DNA from: Candidatus Parcubacteria bacterium
GTDB lineage: Bacteria > Patescibacteriota > Minisyncoccia > JAHIHE01 > JAGLIN01
DNA length: 64,000 bases
Assembly: GCA_023132875.1 (NCBI GenBank)
Contig: JAGLXN010000017.1
Location: forward strand, 22,142-86,141
Direction of reading: 5' to 3'
Position numbers and translations under genes: made by a program. Positions 37,707-47,837 of this stretch are shown piece after piece. The notes under the pieces are model-generated. The model was not told the origin of the DNA, did no database searches, and was given only the letters and a program-made list of their open reading frames with translations. How positions within the stretch are numbered: position 1 is the first letter of the stretch; each line of letters starts with the position of its first letter.

Positions 37707-37892
37707 TTACCAACTACTCTTTTTTAATCCAGGTATTTCTCCGGTACTTGCCAGTTCTCTTACACAAATCCTACACAGATCAAATTTCCGTAAATATCCA
37801 TGTTTTCTACCGCATTTCCAACATCTTCTAACGATACGGCTTGAGTATTTTGGTTTTTTTTGAGTTTTTGCTATTAGCGCAGTTCTTGCCAT
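37707..37892 (-). CDS. rpsN: 30S ribosomal protein S14, zinc-binding type Z
   Basis: 61 aa; CxxC...CxxC. Confidence 0.9.
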   Translation of the reverse strand: MARTALIAKTQKKPKYSSRIVRRCWKCGRKHGYLRKFDLCRICVRELASTGEIPGLKKSSW

Positions 37893-37944
37893 GTTTGTTT
37901 AGTTTATATTCTTAAAATCTTAAATCTTGTAAATAATTAACTTT

Positions 37945-38499
37945 CTATTTTTCTTCAACAATAGGAAATCCTATATTTTTCAATAATTTATAGCCTTCTT
38001 TATCATTCTTTGCAGAAGTGGTTATATTAATTTCCATACCAAAAATATTTTTTATATCATCTTTCGCCACTTCAGGAAAAATAATGTGTTCTTTTATTCC
38101 AATACTGTAATTGCCGTTTCGATCAAATGATTTTCTGCTAAGACCGCGAAAATCTCGAACCTGTGGAAGAGCAATATTAATTAATCTGTCCAAAAATTCA
38201 TACATTCTCGCCCCCCTTAAAGTTACCATCAACCCAACAGGCATTCCTTTTCTTGTTTTAAAATTTGAAATTGCTTTTTTTGCTTTTGTGATAACAGGCT
38301 TTTGTCCTACAATCGTTTCAATGTCTTTTGCTATTTTTTTTAGATCGTCTTTATTGTCATTAAGAATTCTTCCAAGTCCCAAATTTACAACAACTTTTGT
38401 TATTTTAGGAACAGACATAACATTTTTATAGCCAAATTCTTTGGTCATTTTATCAACAACTTCAATTATATATTTTTCCTTTAATCTTGCTTTATACAT
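37945..38499 (-). CDS. rplE: 50S ribosomal protein L5
   Basis: Conserved L5 sequence. Confidence 0.9.
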   Translation of the reverse strand: MYKARLKEKYIIEVVDKMTKEFGYKNVMSVPKITKVVVNLGLGRILNDNKDDLKKIAKDIETIVGQKPVITKAKKAISNFKTRKGMPVGLMVTLRGARMYEFLDRLINIALPQVRDFRGLSRKSFDRNGNYSIGIKEHIIFPEVAKDDIKNIFGMEINITTSAKNDKEGYKLLKNIGFPIVEEK

Positions 38500-38563
38500 A
38501 AGATCATTTTTAATATTTTAATATTTTAACAATATCATACTAATGTTAAAACGTCAGTGCTAT

Positions 38564-38890
38564 TTACTTCTCAATCTGTATATCAATATTTTCCTTGCAT
38601 TTTTTGCAAATTCTGTGCTTTTCTCCATTTTCTAAAACCAAATATCCAATTCTTGTCTGTTTGTTGCATTTTGGACAAATCATAGAAATATTAGAAATGT
38701 TAATCGGCACGGGAACTGTTATTTTCTGTCCCTTTTCTCCCTGCCTTCTTGCTTTAATATGCTTTTTTATAAAGTTGACACCCTCAACAACAACCCTGTT
38801 TCTCTCAGAAATTACTTTTATAACTTTACCTTTCTTTCCCTTATCTTTTCCAGTAGTTATGATTACTTTGTCATTGGTTTTAATTTTCAT
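38564..38890 (-). CDS. rplX: 50S ribosomal protein L24 (KOW) with a Cys4 zinc-ribbon C-terminal half
   Basis: KOW motif GKDKGKKGKV; C-terminal CPKC...CKKC. Confidence 0.85.
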   Translation of the reverse strand: MKIKTNDKVIITTGKDKGKKGKVIKVISERNRVVVEGVNFIKKHIKARRQGEKGQKITVPVPINISNISMICPKCNKQTRIGYLVLENGEKHRICKKCKENIDIQIEK

Positions 38891-38936
38891 AATCTTATAA
38901 CTTTCTACTTTATAAACTTTATAAACTTTTAACTTG

Positions 38937-39308
38937 CTATAGCACTTCCGGAGCTAGGGAAACTATTTTCATAAAGCCTTCATTTCTTAATTCCCTTGCA
39001 ACGGGTCCAAAAACACGAGTAGCTTTCGGAGTTATTTTATCTTTATCAACAATAACAACAGCGTTATCATCAAAGCGTATATAGGAACCGTCTTTTCTTC
39101 TAAATTTTTTCTTCTGTCTAACAATCACCGCTTTAGCAACTTCACCTTTTTTAACTTGTCCTCTTGGTTCAGCCGCTTTTATCGAAACTACAATGACATC
39201 GCCAATATAAGCATATCTTCTTCTCGTTCCGCCAAGAACCTTGATACACTTTACTAACTTTGCTCCTGAATTGTCTGCGACTGCAAGTTTGCTTCCTTGT
39301 TGAATCAT
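38937..39308 (-). CDS. rplN: 50S ribosomal protein L14
   Basis: [18 protein letters not shown]-terminus. Confidence 0.9.
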   Translation of the reverse strand: MIQQGSKLAVADNSGAKLVKCIKVLGGTRRRYAYIGDVIVVSIKAAEPRGQVKKGEVAKAVIVRQKKKFRRKDGSYIRFDDNAVVIVDKDKITPKATRVFGPVARELRNEGFMKIVSLAPEVL

Positions 39309-39379
39309 AAATATTAATTATTTTTATTGTTTATTTTCAAGAAATATATTTCTAAACCAACTTTATGAACTTTACAACT

Positions 39380-39643
39380 TTATGAACTTTTTACTTCTTT
39401 CGCTATCCACTTCTTTTCCTTGCTTATCGGCTTGATTTCAATAATTTTAACCTTATCTCCAATTTTAAATTTATTCTCTGCATCATGCGCTTTGTATTTC
39501 TTGCTTACTTTATATTTCTTTCTGTATATTGGATGCATTTTTAACCTATCAACCTTAACTACAACCGTCTTATCCATCTTGTCGCTTATAACAACTCCGA
39601 TCTTCCCTTTTGTATTATTTTTTTCCTTATTGTCTTTATTCAT
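39380..39643 (-). CDS. rpsQ: 30S ribosomal protein S17
   Basis: OB-fold S17 sequence. Confidence 0.85.
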   Translation of the reverse strand: MNKDNKEKNNTKGKIGVVISDKMDKTVVVKVDRLKMHPIYRKKYKVSKKYKAHDAENKFKIGDKVKIIEIKPISKEKKWIAKEVKSS

Positions 39644-39656
39644 ATATTTAACTATA

Positions 39657-39857
39657 TTATTTTTTGTTATTTACTCTCTTTTCCTTTAAAACAGTTTTTA
39701 CCCTTGCAATAATTTTTTTTGTCTTTTTTATTTCACTATAATCTTTCAATTGCCTATTCGCAAGAGAAAACCTAAAACCTTTAAGCTTCTCTTTACTATC
39801 TTTTACAAGAATTTGCAATTGTTTTTCTGATTGTTCTCTTAATTCTTTAGCTTTCAT
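39657..39857 (-). CDS. rpmC: 50S ribosomal protein L29
   Basis: 66-aa helical protein in the conserved position between rplP and rpsQ. Confidence 0.8.
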   Translation of the reverse strand: MKAKELREQSEKQLQILVKDSKEKLKGFRFSLANRQLKDYSEIKKTKKIIARVKTVLKEKRVNNKK

Positions 39858-39885
39858 TTTTACCTTGAATTATGAAATTATAATC

Positions 39886-39975
39886 TTAGTTTACTTAGTG
39901 TAAATATTAGTTTTTTTGTGTTTAATATAGAAAACACGAAAGAAACTAATGTTCACACGAAAGAAACTAATTTTG
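39886..39975. repeat. Repeat family D palindrome (TTAGTGTAAATATTAGTTT ... ACACGAAAGAAACTAATGTTCACAC) in the rpmC-rplP spacer
   Basis: Copies also at 43437 and 44832. Confidence 0.6.
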
Positions 39976-39984
39976 AAAAATTAT

Positions 39985-40395
39985 TTATTGCTCCTTGGAA
40001 ATAAATTTTGTTTTTATGGGAAGTTTATGGCTAGCTCTTCTCATCGCTTCTTTTGCCACTTTCTCTTCAACTCCATCCATTTCAAAAATTATTTTTCCCG
40101 GTTTTACCACTGCCGCAAAATGATCTAAACTTCCCTTTCCACTACCCATGGGAACTTCTGCCGGTTTTCTGGTAATTGGCTTGTTTGGAAAAATTCTTAT
40201 CCATATTTTTCCGCCTCTTTGAACATATTTTGTCATTGCTCTTCTTGCCGCTTCAATCTGACGGCTCGTAATCCAAGAAGTTTCAAGTGATTTCAAAGCA
40301 AAAGATCCAAAAGAAATACTGGCTCCTCTATGCGCTTTTCCTCGCATTCTGCCTTTTTGTTGTTTTCTGTGTTTTACTTTTTTCGGCATTAACAT
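39985..40395 (-). CDS. rplP: 50S ribosomal protein L16
   Basis: [17 protein letters not shown]-terminus. Confidence 0.9.
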   Translation of the reverse strand: MLMPKKVKHRKQQKGRMRGKAHRGASISFGSFALKSLETSWITSRQIEAARRAMTKYVQRGGKIWIRIFPNKPITRKPAEVPMGSGKGSLDHFAAVVKPGKIIFEMDGVEEKVAKEAMRRASHKLPIKTKFISKEQ

Positions 40396-40421
40396 AAAAT
40401 CATTTTAACATATAAACATAA

Positions 40422-41075
40422 CTATACACTACGATTTTTTTCTTCAAATACTTCACCCTTATATATCCAGACTTTTATGCCGATTGCGCCATAAGTAGTA
40501 CGAGCAGTATATTTCGCAAAATCAATGTCAGCTCTTATAGTCTGTAATGGAATCTTCCCGTCGCTCAACCATTCGGTTCTAGCCATCTCAGCTCCATTTA
40601 ACCTTCCAGCAACTGTGATTTTTATTCCTTGCGCTTGCTTATTTTGCATAGTTCTTTCCATTGCTTGCTTTAATACTCTTCTGAATGGAATTCTTTTTTC
40701 AATTTGTTCCGCGACTGCCTGCGCGACTAATTTAGAACTTAATTCGGAATTTCGAATTTCAATTATATTTACTTTCACTTCTGTTTTTCCGTTTATTTTC
40801 TTGATTATTTCCGCTTTTAATTCTTCCGCGCCAGTACCGCCTCTGCCTATTACAATTCCGGGTCTTGCAGAATATACATTAACAACCACATTATTTGAGG
40901 ATCTTTCAATTATAATATCTTCTACTGCGGCTTTCTTTAATTTTTCCTCTAAAAAACTGCGCAATTCTATATCTTCACGCAAATACTCCCTGTAATTGCT
41001 GGAATTAAACCATCTTGATTTCCAGTCTTTTATTATACCTAATCTATGCAAAAATGGATTTATTTTTTTTCCCAT
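40422..41075 (-). CDS. rpsC: 30S ribosomal protein S3
   Basis: KH domain sequence GRGGTGAEELK. Confidence 0.9.
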   Translation of the reverse strand: MGKKINPFLHRLGIIKDWKSRWFNSSNYREYLREDIELRSFLEEKLKKAAVEDIIIERSSNNVVVNVYSARPGIVIGRGGTGAEELKAEIIKKINGKTEVKVNIIEIRNSELSSKLVAQAVAEQIEKRIPFRRVLKQAMERTMQNKQAQGIKITVAGRLNGAEMARTEWLSDGKIPLQTIRADIDFAKYTARTTYGAIGIKVWIYKGEVFEEKNRSV

Positions 41076-41084
41076 ATTTATAAT

Positions 41085-41573
41085 CTAATCTTTATTTATA
41101 TTATTTTTTCTTGCTGAAGATGTTTTAACTTTTTGGCTTTTGTCAGTTTTTATTTTTTCTTTTTTTTCTTCTTTAATTTTCCCAGTATCTACGTCTTGAA
41201 TAGCTGAATTCTTTTTCTTTTCTTCTTTGACTGTCTTATCTTTAAACTTATCTAAAATTATAGTGATATGGCTTGTTCTTTTGTTTATGCTGGATGCTCT
41301 TCCCATTGCCCTAGGTATCCATCTTTTTAATGTTGTTCCTTCATTTACAAATATCTTTGAAATATATAAATTATTCTCACTTAAATTAAAATTATGCTTT
41401 GCATTTGCAATCGCTGAATTTAATAGTTTTAAAATCGGTTGTGATGATTTTTTATTTATGAATTCTAATTGAATTTTAGCACTATTAATATCCATGCCTC
41501 TTATAACATCAGCAATTAATCTTACTTTTCTTGGTGAAATTCTTAGATTCCTTAAATGTGCTTGAACTTCCAT
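41085..41573 (-). CDS. rplV: 50S ribosomal protein L22 with K/E-rich C-terminal extension
   Basis: L22 core followed by a low-complexity tail. Confidence 0.85.
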   Translation of the reverse strand: MEVQAHLRNLRISPRKVRLIADVIRGMDINSAKIQLEFINKKSSQPILKLLNSAIANAKHNFNLSENNLYISKIFVNEGTTLKRWIPRAMGRASSINKRTSHITIILDKFKDKTVKEEKKKNSAIQDVDTGKIKEEKKEKIKTDKSQKVKTSSARKNNINKD

Positions 41574-41644
41574 ATATTAAAATTAAATATTTCTATATAA
41601 ATTTATAAAACATTATTATCTACAAAGTTAACTAATAACTCTAG

Positions 41645-41926
41645 CTACTTCTTTTCTAATTCTTTCTGCATTTTACCGCCGTGTTTGACAAATTTCTTCG
41701 TTGGAGAAAATTCACCGAGTTTGTGTCCAACCATATCTTCTGTCACAAAAACCTCTATGTGCTGTTTCCCATTATGAACTCCAAAAGTAAATCCCGCCAT
41801 CTCTGGAGAAATTACAGAGTTTCTTGCCCATGTCTTAATAACAGTCTTATCGCCTGTTTTTAAATTACTGATTTTTTTCATTAATTTCTCATCTATATAA
41901 GGGCCCTTTTTTAGTGATCTTGACAT
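41645..41926 (-). CDS. rpsS: 30S ribosomal protein S19
   Basis: [12 protein letters not shown]...HNGKQH. Confidence 0.9.
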   Translation of the reverse strand: MSRSLKKGPYIDEKLMKKISNLKTGDKTVIKTWARNSVISPEMAGFTFGVHNGKQHIEVFVTEDMVGHKLGEFSPTKKFVKHGGKMQKELEKK

Positions 41927-41932
41927 ATCATT

Positions 41933-42052
41933 TTATTGTTATATTGTTCTATTGCTAAATTGTTATGCATGGCACATATTCACAATTATATTATTATATT
42001 ACAACTATTGAATTACTATGCATAACAATAGAACAATAGAGCAATACAACAA
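41933..42052. repeat. Repeat family C large palindrome (TTATTGTTATATTGTTCTATTGC ... GCATAACAATAGAACAATAGAGCAATACAACAA) between rpsS and rplB
   Basis: Seen directly. Confidence 0.6.
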
Positions 42053-42053
42053 T

Positions 42054-42884
42054 TTATTCTTCTTCTTTCCTTTTCTTAAAATTATTTATACGTTTATTTT
42101 TCTTTCTAGTCTTAAATCCAAGCGCGGGCTTTCCCCATGGAGTTTTTGGATGTTTGAGTCCAATAGGCTGTCTTCCTTCTCCTCCTCCATGAGGATGATC
42201 TACAGGGTTCATCGCGCTTCCCCTAACTTGAGGCCTTTTACCCATCCACCTTGATCTCCCAGCTTTTCCAATTACAATTTTATTATGGCTTATATTACTT
42301 ACCTGTCCAATAGTGGCAAAAGAATTTTCAGGAATTAATTTGACTTGCCCGGAAGACAAGCTTACATGAGCATAACCGCCTTCCATTGCTGTTAGTTTTG
42401 CATATGATCCAGCAGATCTTGCCAATTGACCACCTTTTCCTGGAAATAACTCGACATTGCTTATAATAGTCCCTGAGGGAATATTTTTAAGAGACATCCT
42501 ATTTCCAATTTTTATCGGAGCACTCTCAGAAGAAATTATTTTATCTTCTTTTTTCAATCCTTCTAAAGCAATAACATATCTTTTCTCTCCGTCAGCATAC
42601 GCAACTAAAGCAATAAATGCCGTCCTATTTGGATCATACTCAATAGCTTGAACTTTTGCCGGAATGTCAAATTTATTCATCTTGAAATCAATTATTCTAA
42701 ATCTTTTCTTTGCTCCGCCCCCTCTATGCCTAATTGTTATTTTTCCAGCACTTCCTCTGCCTACCTTTCTTGTTTTTTTCCCAAGCAAACTTTTTTCAGG
42801 ATCTTTTTTGTCTAATGTAGAAAAATCATAACTCATCATTCCTCTTCTACCCGGAGATGTTGGTTTGTATTTTTTTACTGCCAT
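42054..42884 (-). CDS. rplB: 50S ribosomal protein L2
   Basis: [16 protein letters not shown] motif. Confidence 0.9.
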   Translation of the reverse strand: MAVKKYKPTSPGRRGMMSYDFSTLDKKDPEKSLLGKKTRKVGRGSAGKITIRHRGGGAKKRFRIIDFKMNKFDIPAKVQAIEYDPNRTAFIALVAYADGEKRYVIALEGLKKEDKIISSESAPIKIGNRMSLKNIPSGTIISNVELFPGKGGQLARSAGSYAKLTAMEGGYAHVSLSSGQVKLIPENSFATIGQVSNISHNKIVIGKAGRSRWMGKRPQVRGSAMNPVDHPHGGGEGRQPIGLKHPKTPWGKPALGFKTRKKNKRINNFKKRKEEE

Positions 42885-42912
42885 ATTATTTAAAATTAAA
42901 TCAAAATTATAT

Positions 42913-43413
42913 TTATTTCGCTTCTTTCATTAGATCAATTGTATTCCCTTTGGCCAACTTAACCATTGCTTTTTTATATCCGCTTTTAACTCCTGGTTTT
43001 CCTTTAAATCTCTTAGGTTTAGATGGAACACTAATAACATTAACACTAATAACCGAAACTCCGTATAAACTTCCAATAACTTTTTTTATTTCCGACTTAT
43101 TAGCTTTGTCAGAAACAACAAAAACATACTGATTTTCATTAGAAAGATTGAAAGTTTTTTCAGAAATATGAGGCTTTTTTACTAAATCAAAATAATGATT
43201 TGGTATTTTATCTTTCGAAATCTTCTTGACTTTTATAATTTTTGCAGACGGTTTACTTTTTTTCTTATCTCCTATTTCTTTCTTGATCGTTTTTTCATCA
43301 ATCGCCTTTTTTTCTTTAGTATCTTTCTTTTCTTTAGTATCTTTCGAAATTACTGCGTCTTTCTTCTCGTCTTTATTATCTTTCTTTTTTATAATTTTAT
43401 TTAAAATACCCAT
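42913..43413 (-). CDS. rplW: 50S ribosomal protein L23 with long Lys-rich N-terminal extension
   Basis: C-terminal L23 core [18 protein letters not shown]. Confidence 0.8.
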   Translation of the reverse strand: MGILNKIIKKKDNKDEKKDAVISKDTKEKKDTKEKKAIDEKTIKKEIGDKKKSKPSAKIIKVKKISKDKIPNHYFDLVKKPHISEKTFNLSNENQYVFVVSDKANKSEIKKVIGSLYGVSVISVNVISVPSKPKRFKGKPGVKSGYKKAMVKLAKGNTIDLMKEAK

Positions 43414-43436
43414 AGTTTTAAGGTTATGCTATTTCA

Positions 43437-43520
43437 ATTTTAGTTTGTTTAGTGTAGATATTAGTTTTTTTAGTGTCTTCTTCATAAAACACGAAGGAAA
43501 CTAATATTCACACTAATTAA
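43437..43520. repeat. Repeat family D palindrome in the rplW-rplD spacer
   Basis: TTAGTGTAGATATTAGTTT ... AAACTAATATTCACACTAA. Confidence 0.6.
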
Positions 43521-43531
43521 ACGAAGCGCTT

Positions 43532-44164
43532 CTAAATTTTCTTATAAGTTTCTTCTATCTTCTTAATCCCCTCTTTATTGATAACCAAAAATTTATTTTT
43601 TAATAAGTCTGCTACATTCAAAGAATCACTGGCAATCATTGAAATATTAGGAATGTTTTTTACTGATTTAAATATACAATTATCCTTTTTATTTAAAGAT
43701 AGTAAAACCTTTCCATTTATCGGTAATTTTCCAAAAGCGCTACTCATTGATTTTGTTGAAACTTTATTCAATTTTGGATCATCTAAAATTATCAGCTCCT
43801 TATCTCTTACCTTTGAAGACAAAACCATGTAAAGAGCTTTTGTCTTCATTTTCTTGTTTATTTTCTTGCTATAATTTCTTTCTATAGTAGGACCAAAAGT
43901 AACTCCCCCGCCTTTCCAAATTGGAGACCTGGTTGAACCATGTCTTGCTCTTCCTGTTCCCTTTTGTTTCCATGGTTTTTTCCCTCCACCTCTAACTTCT
44001 CCCCTGTCTTTTGTGTCAGCTAAAACTTTTCTTGAATTTGAAATATGCGCTACATACGCCTGATGAATCAAGTCGTCTTTTACTTTCATTCCAAAAATTT
44101 CTTCCGGAAGCTCTACTTCTCCAGTTTCTTTTCCTTCTAGATTGTAAACCTTAATTTTTAGCAT
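43532..44164 (-). CDS. rplD: 50S ribosomal protein L4
   Basis: Conserved L4 sequence. Confidence 0.9.
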   Translation of the reverse strand: MLKIKVYNLEGKETGEVELPEEIFGMKVKDDLIHQAYVAHISNSRKVLADTKDRGEVRGGGKKPWKQKGTGRARHGSTRSPIWKGGGVTFGPTIERNYSKKINKKMKTKALYMVLSSKVRDKELIILDDPKLNKVSTKSMSSAFGKLPINGKVLLSLNKKDNCIFKSVKNIPNISMIASDSLNVADLLKNKFLVINKEGIKKIEETYKKI

Positions 44165-44187
44165 AATATTTATAAACTTACCTTTTT

Positions 44188-44805
44188 TTATCTAGTAACT
44201 ACTTTCATCAATCCGCCTATATTTCCTGGAACTGAACCTTTAATTAACAACAAATTTTTATCTTTGTCAATACTAACGATTTTAAGTCCAAGCTGAGTAA
44301 CCTGTTCTCCTCCCATTCTTCCGGCCATCTTTTTTCCTTTTATTACATGTTCAGGAAACGCGCTTCCGATAGATCCTCCTTTTCTATTACTGTGTTTTTG
44401 TCCATGTGATGCCGGTCCTCCTTTAAAACCATGTCTTTTCATAACGCCTTGAAATCCTTTTGCTTTTGAAACTCCAATCACTTTTACTTTATCTCCCGCT
44501 TCAAATATTGAAATATCTACCTTGTCTCCCAATTTATACTCCTTATCAGAATTCTCTGTTCTAAATTCTTTAATATATCTGAATTTACCTAAATCTTTCA
44601 AGTGTCCCATAAGAGGTTTATTAATCTTTTTCTTTTCCAAAAAACCAATCTGAACTCCTTCGTAACCGTCTTTTTCTTTCGTTATAATTTTTGTCACAAC
44701 ACAAGGACCTGCCTGCACTAAAGTAACAGGAATAACTTCCCTCTTCTTTTCATTGTCCATAAACACCTGGCTTATTCCTATTTTTTTTCCTAAAATAAAT
44801 TTCAT
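44188..44805 (-). CDS. rplC: 50S ribosomal protein L3
   Basis: Conserved L3 sequence. Confidence 0.9.
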   Translation of the reverse strand: MKFILGKKIGISQVFMDNEKKREVIPVTLVQAGPCVVTKIITKEKDGYEGVQIGFLEKKKINKPLMGHLKDLGKFRYIKEFRTENSDKEYKLGDKVDISIFEAGDKVKVIGVSKAKGFQGVMKRHGFKGGPASHGQKHSNRKGGSIGSAFPEHVIKGKKMAGRMGGEQVTQLGLKIVSIDKDKNLLLIKGSVPGNIGGLMKVVTR

Positions 44806-44831
44806 AGTTTTTTAAATCGCAATTTTTTAAC

Positions 44832-44910
44832 TTTAGTTTTTTTAGTGTAAATATTAGCTTCTTCTGTGTTTTCTATAGAAGACACTAACAAAACTGATAT
44901 TTACACTAAA
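44832..44910. repeat. Repeat family D palindrome in the rpsJ-rplC spacer
   Basis: TTTAGTGTAAATATTAGC ... CTAACAAAACTGATATTTACACTAAAG. Confidence 0.6.
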
Positions 44911-45087
44911 GCAAACCAATCCAGATAGCAAAGTTTAATATAAACAACAAAAAAATCAGATAATTAAACCAATCTTAACCGTTATTATCCGATTTATAAA
45001 TTGGCTAATTCAGTATGCTTAAGACTATTATTTAACCGGAAATTTCTGACAAAGTCCAGCAATAAGCACTTAAACTAGCATATAAAC

Positions 45088-45178
45088 AAATTGTTATATT
45101 GTCAAGTTATTATGCATAGCATAATAACACGCAATGTTACCTGACAATATAACAATTTAGCAATTTGACAATTTAATA
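45088..45178. repeat. Repeat family C palindrome (TTGTTATATTGTCAAG ... CCTGACAATATAACAA) just downstream of rpsJ
   Basis: Seen directly. Confidence 0.55.
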
Positions 45179-45514
45179 TTACATCTTAATTTCTATAGAA
45201 ACTCCTGCTGGCAAATTCAAATTTGTCAGAGAGTCAATTATTTTAGGATTAAGATCAAAAATATCAACAAGTCTCTTGTGAACCCTCATTTCATACTGAT
45301 CTCTGGCATCTTTGTGAACAAATGTTGAACTATTTAACGTGAACTTGCTAATTTCAGTAGGTAAAGGAACCGGACCCCTAACAGAAGCCCCGCTTCTTAA
45401 GGCAGTTTCAACTATTTGCTTTGCTGACTGATCAATAACCTTATGATCATACGCTTTAATTTTTACTCGAATCTTCGGCTTTGATTCGCTTTCTTCATTA
45501 GTTTTTTCTGCCAT
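45179..45514 (-). CDS. rpsJ: 30S ribosomal protein S10
   Basis: Conserved S10 sequence. Confidence 0.9.
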   Translation of the reverse strand: MAEKTNEESESKPKIRVKIKAYDHKVIDQSAKQIVETALRSGASVRGPVPLPTEISKFTLNSSTFVHKDARDQYEMRVHKRLVDIFDLNPKIIDSLTNLNLPAGVSIEIKM

Positions 45515-45579
45515 TTCGGTTTAAATTGAACTTAATTATTATTTATCCTATTAATTGCTTATTATTAAAACATCTATAA

Positions 45580-45612
45580 AATAAAATAAGAAGATAAAAA
45601 TCTTCTTATTTT
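45580..45612 (-). terminator. Hairpin AATAAGAAGAT-aaaa-ATCTTCTTATT overlapping the tuf stop, followed by U-rich sequence (terminator/attenuator between tuf and rpsJ)
   Basis: Seen directly. Confidence 0.4.
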
Positions 45613-46805
45613 ATAATTTTAGTCACAACTCCTGCTCCAACAGTTCTTCCGCCTTCTCTGATCGCGAATCTCATCCCATCTTCCATGGCCACATTTGAAA
45701 TTAATTTAATAGTCAATTTTACAGTATCGCCTGGCATAACCATTTCTGTTCCTTCAGGTAAAACCACATCTCCTGTCACATCAGTTGTTCTTATGTAAAA
45801 TTGCGGTTTATATCCTGAGAAAAATGGAGTATGTCTTCCACCTTCTTCTTTTGTTAGAATATATACTTCGCTTTCAAACTCTGAATGAGGAGTAATTGAT
45901 CCGGTAGCAGCCAAAACCTGTCCCCTTTCAACCTCTTCTTTTTTAATGCCTCTAAGCAGAACGCCCGCATTGTCTCCAGCCTGACCTTTGTCCAGCTGTT
46001 TATTGAACATTTCAACTCCCGTCACAACTACCTTTTTTGTATCTTTAATTCCAACGAGTTCTACTTCTTCATTTACATTAACAACTCCTCTTTCAATCCT
46101 TCCGGTAACAACGGTTCCTCTTCCTTCAATTGAAAATATATCTTCAATAGGCATCAAAAACGGCTTTTCAATATCTCGTTTCGGTTCTGGAATCTTTTCA
46201 TCAAGAGCTTTAACAATTTCTAGAATAGGATTACATTTTTCGCATTCTGCTTTTCCACAAGAACATTCAAGGGCCTGAAGAGCGGATCCTCGGACAATAG
46301 CAGTATTTTCTCCGTCAAATTCATATTTTGTTAATAATTCTCTAATTTCTTCCTCAACAAGATCAATTAGTTCCGCGTCATCAACTTGATCAACTTTATT
46401 TATAAAAACAACAATTTCAGGAACGCCAACTTGTCTGGCAAGCAAAATATGCTCTCTTGTTTGAGGCATAGGACCATCAGTCGCGGCAACAACAAGAATA
46501 GCGCCGTCCATCTGAGCAGCGCCAGTAATCATGTTCTTGATATAATCAGCATGTCCCGGACAGTCCACATGAGCATAATGCCTTGTATCTGACTCATATT
46601 CCTGATGAGAAGTAGCAATCGTAATGCCTCTTTCTTTTTCTTCAGGTGCGCTATCAATTTCGCCAACACCTTTTTTTGAAGCGTTCTTACCAGACGCGGC
46701 CAAGCAAGCAAGCATAGCTGCTGTTAGAGTCGTTTTGCCATGATCAACATGACCAATTGTTCCTACATTAATATGTGGTTTTGATCTATCAAATACTTCT
46801 GCCAT
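45606..46805 (-). CDS. tuf: Elongation factor Tu, with a CxC-x4-C-x2-C insertion in domain I
   Basis: [10 protein letters not shown]-loop, [12 protein letters not shown]; unusual [11 protein letters not shown] segment. Confidence 0.9.
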   Translation of the reverse strand: MAEVFDRSKPHINVGTIGHVDHGKTTLTAAMLACLAASGKNASKKGVGEIDSAPEEKERGITIATSHQEYESDTRHYAHVDCPGHADYIKNMITGAAQMDGAILVVAATDGPMPQTREHILLARQVGVPEIVVFINKVDQVDDAELIDLVEEEIRELLTKYEFDGENTAIVRGSALQALECSCGKAECEKCNPILEIVKALDEKIPEPKRDIEKPFLMPIEDIFSIEGRGTVVTGRIERGVVNVNEEVELVGIKDTKKVVVTGVEMFNKQLDKGQAGDNAGVLLRGIKKEEVERGQVLAATGSITPHSEFESEVYILTKEEGGRHTPFFSGYKPQFYIRTTDVTGDVVLPEGTEMVMPGDTVKLTIKLISNVAMEDGMRFAIREGGRTVGAGVVTKIIK

Positions 46806-47164
46806 TTTATAAGTCTCCTTTTAAAAACTAAGATTAGAAAGCTTATTACTCTTGAAACTTAGTTTATAAGATTAATTTTTAAAAATTAGATACTTTAAGT
46901 TAAATTTTAAACAACATATACATATTAGCACATACAAAAAATTTGGCAAGTGCTTAGGGCTTAAGTAAAAATAACTCATTCACTTCACATTCAAATTCAC
47001 ACCATCTAAACTTTTAAAAATTTTCAAAATAGCTTGCTATTCTTCAATTTTTTAAAAGCTTATCTATCGCAAATTTAAACGCGAATTAAACAACTTATTT
47101 TTACTTAAGTCCTTAGATTTATTATCTAAATTATAATACACATTATTAATACTTTTGTCAAATA

Positions 47165-47482
47165 TTATAGCTTCTCAACCACAATTTCATTATTTATTCC
47201 CTTTTTACTATTTTTTTCTTTAAAATCATCAAAATCATTTTTAATCTCAAACTGTTTTAACTTTCTTTCATTTTGTCTAGTTTTCCAAATTTCAACATCT
47301 TTATTTACCTTCTCTTCTACCTTTTTTCCGGGATTAGCAACGGCATGGTCAATCTTATCAAAATTAATATATTCATCAATATCTATAATCACAAAAACCG
47401 GCTCTCCGTCTTCAACTATAATAGCCTTTCCTCCAATGATCTTTATAAGCTTTTTTATTTTATCAAAACTGTTTTCAGTCAT
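47165..47482 (-). CDS. Hypothetical protein
   Basis: 105-aa ORF. Confidence 0.4.
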   Translation of the reverse strand: MTENSFDKIKKLIKIIGGKAIIVEDGEPVFVIIDIDEYINFDKIDHAVANPGKKVEEKVNKDVEIWKTRQNERKLKQFEIKNDFDDFKEKNSKKGINNEIVVEKL

Positions 47483-47837
47483 ATTATAATTTCTAAAATA
47501 ATTTTAATTGCTTAAGCACTTATACAGACTAGCACAAATATTTTTTCTGTCAACCCCGCTTCTAAATTTTACAAAATAGTATAACGAGAGTAAACTATCT
47601 CAAGTAATTAAGATAATTGGTATTAATCAAACGGTTATGTAAAATTTAGAACGGGGTTAAGTGTTTTTATCAGAATTTTATTAGACCAAGACAGACTCTT
47701 AAAAAAAGAGAAAATTATATAGCTTCGCTTTTATAAAAAATCTGTTTAACAGCTAAATTGCGTATGCGCAAAAGGCTTAACTCAGAAGAATGGAACCAAT
47801 ATTATAGTATATAAAACCTATTCAATACCACAAAAAA

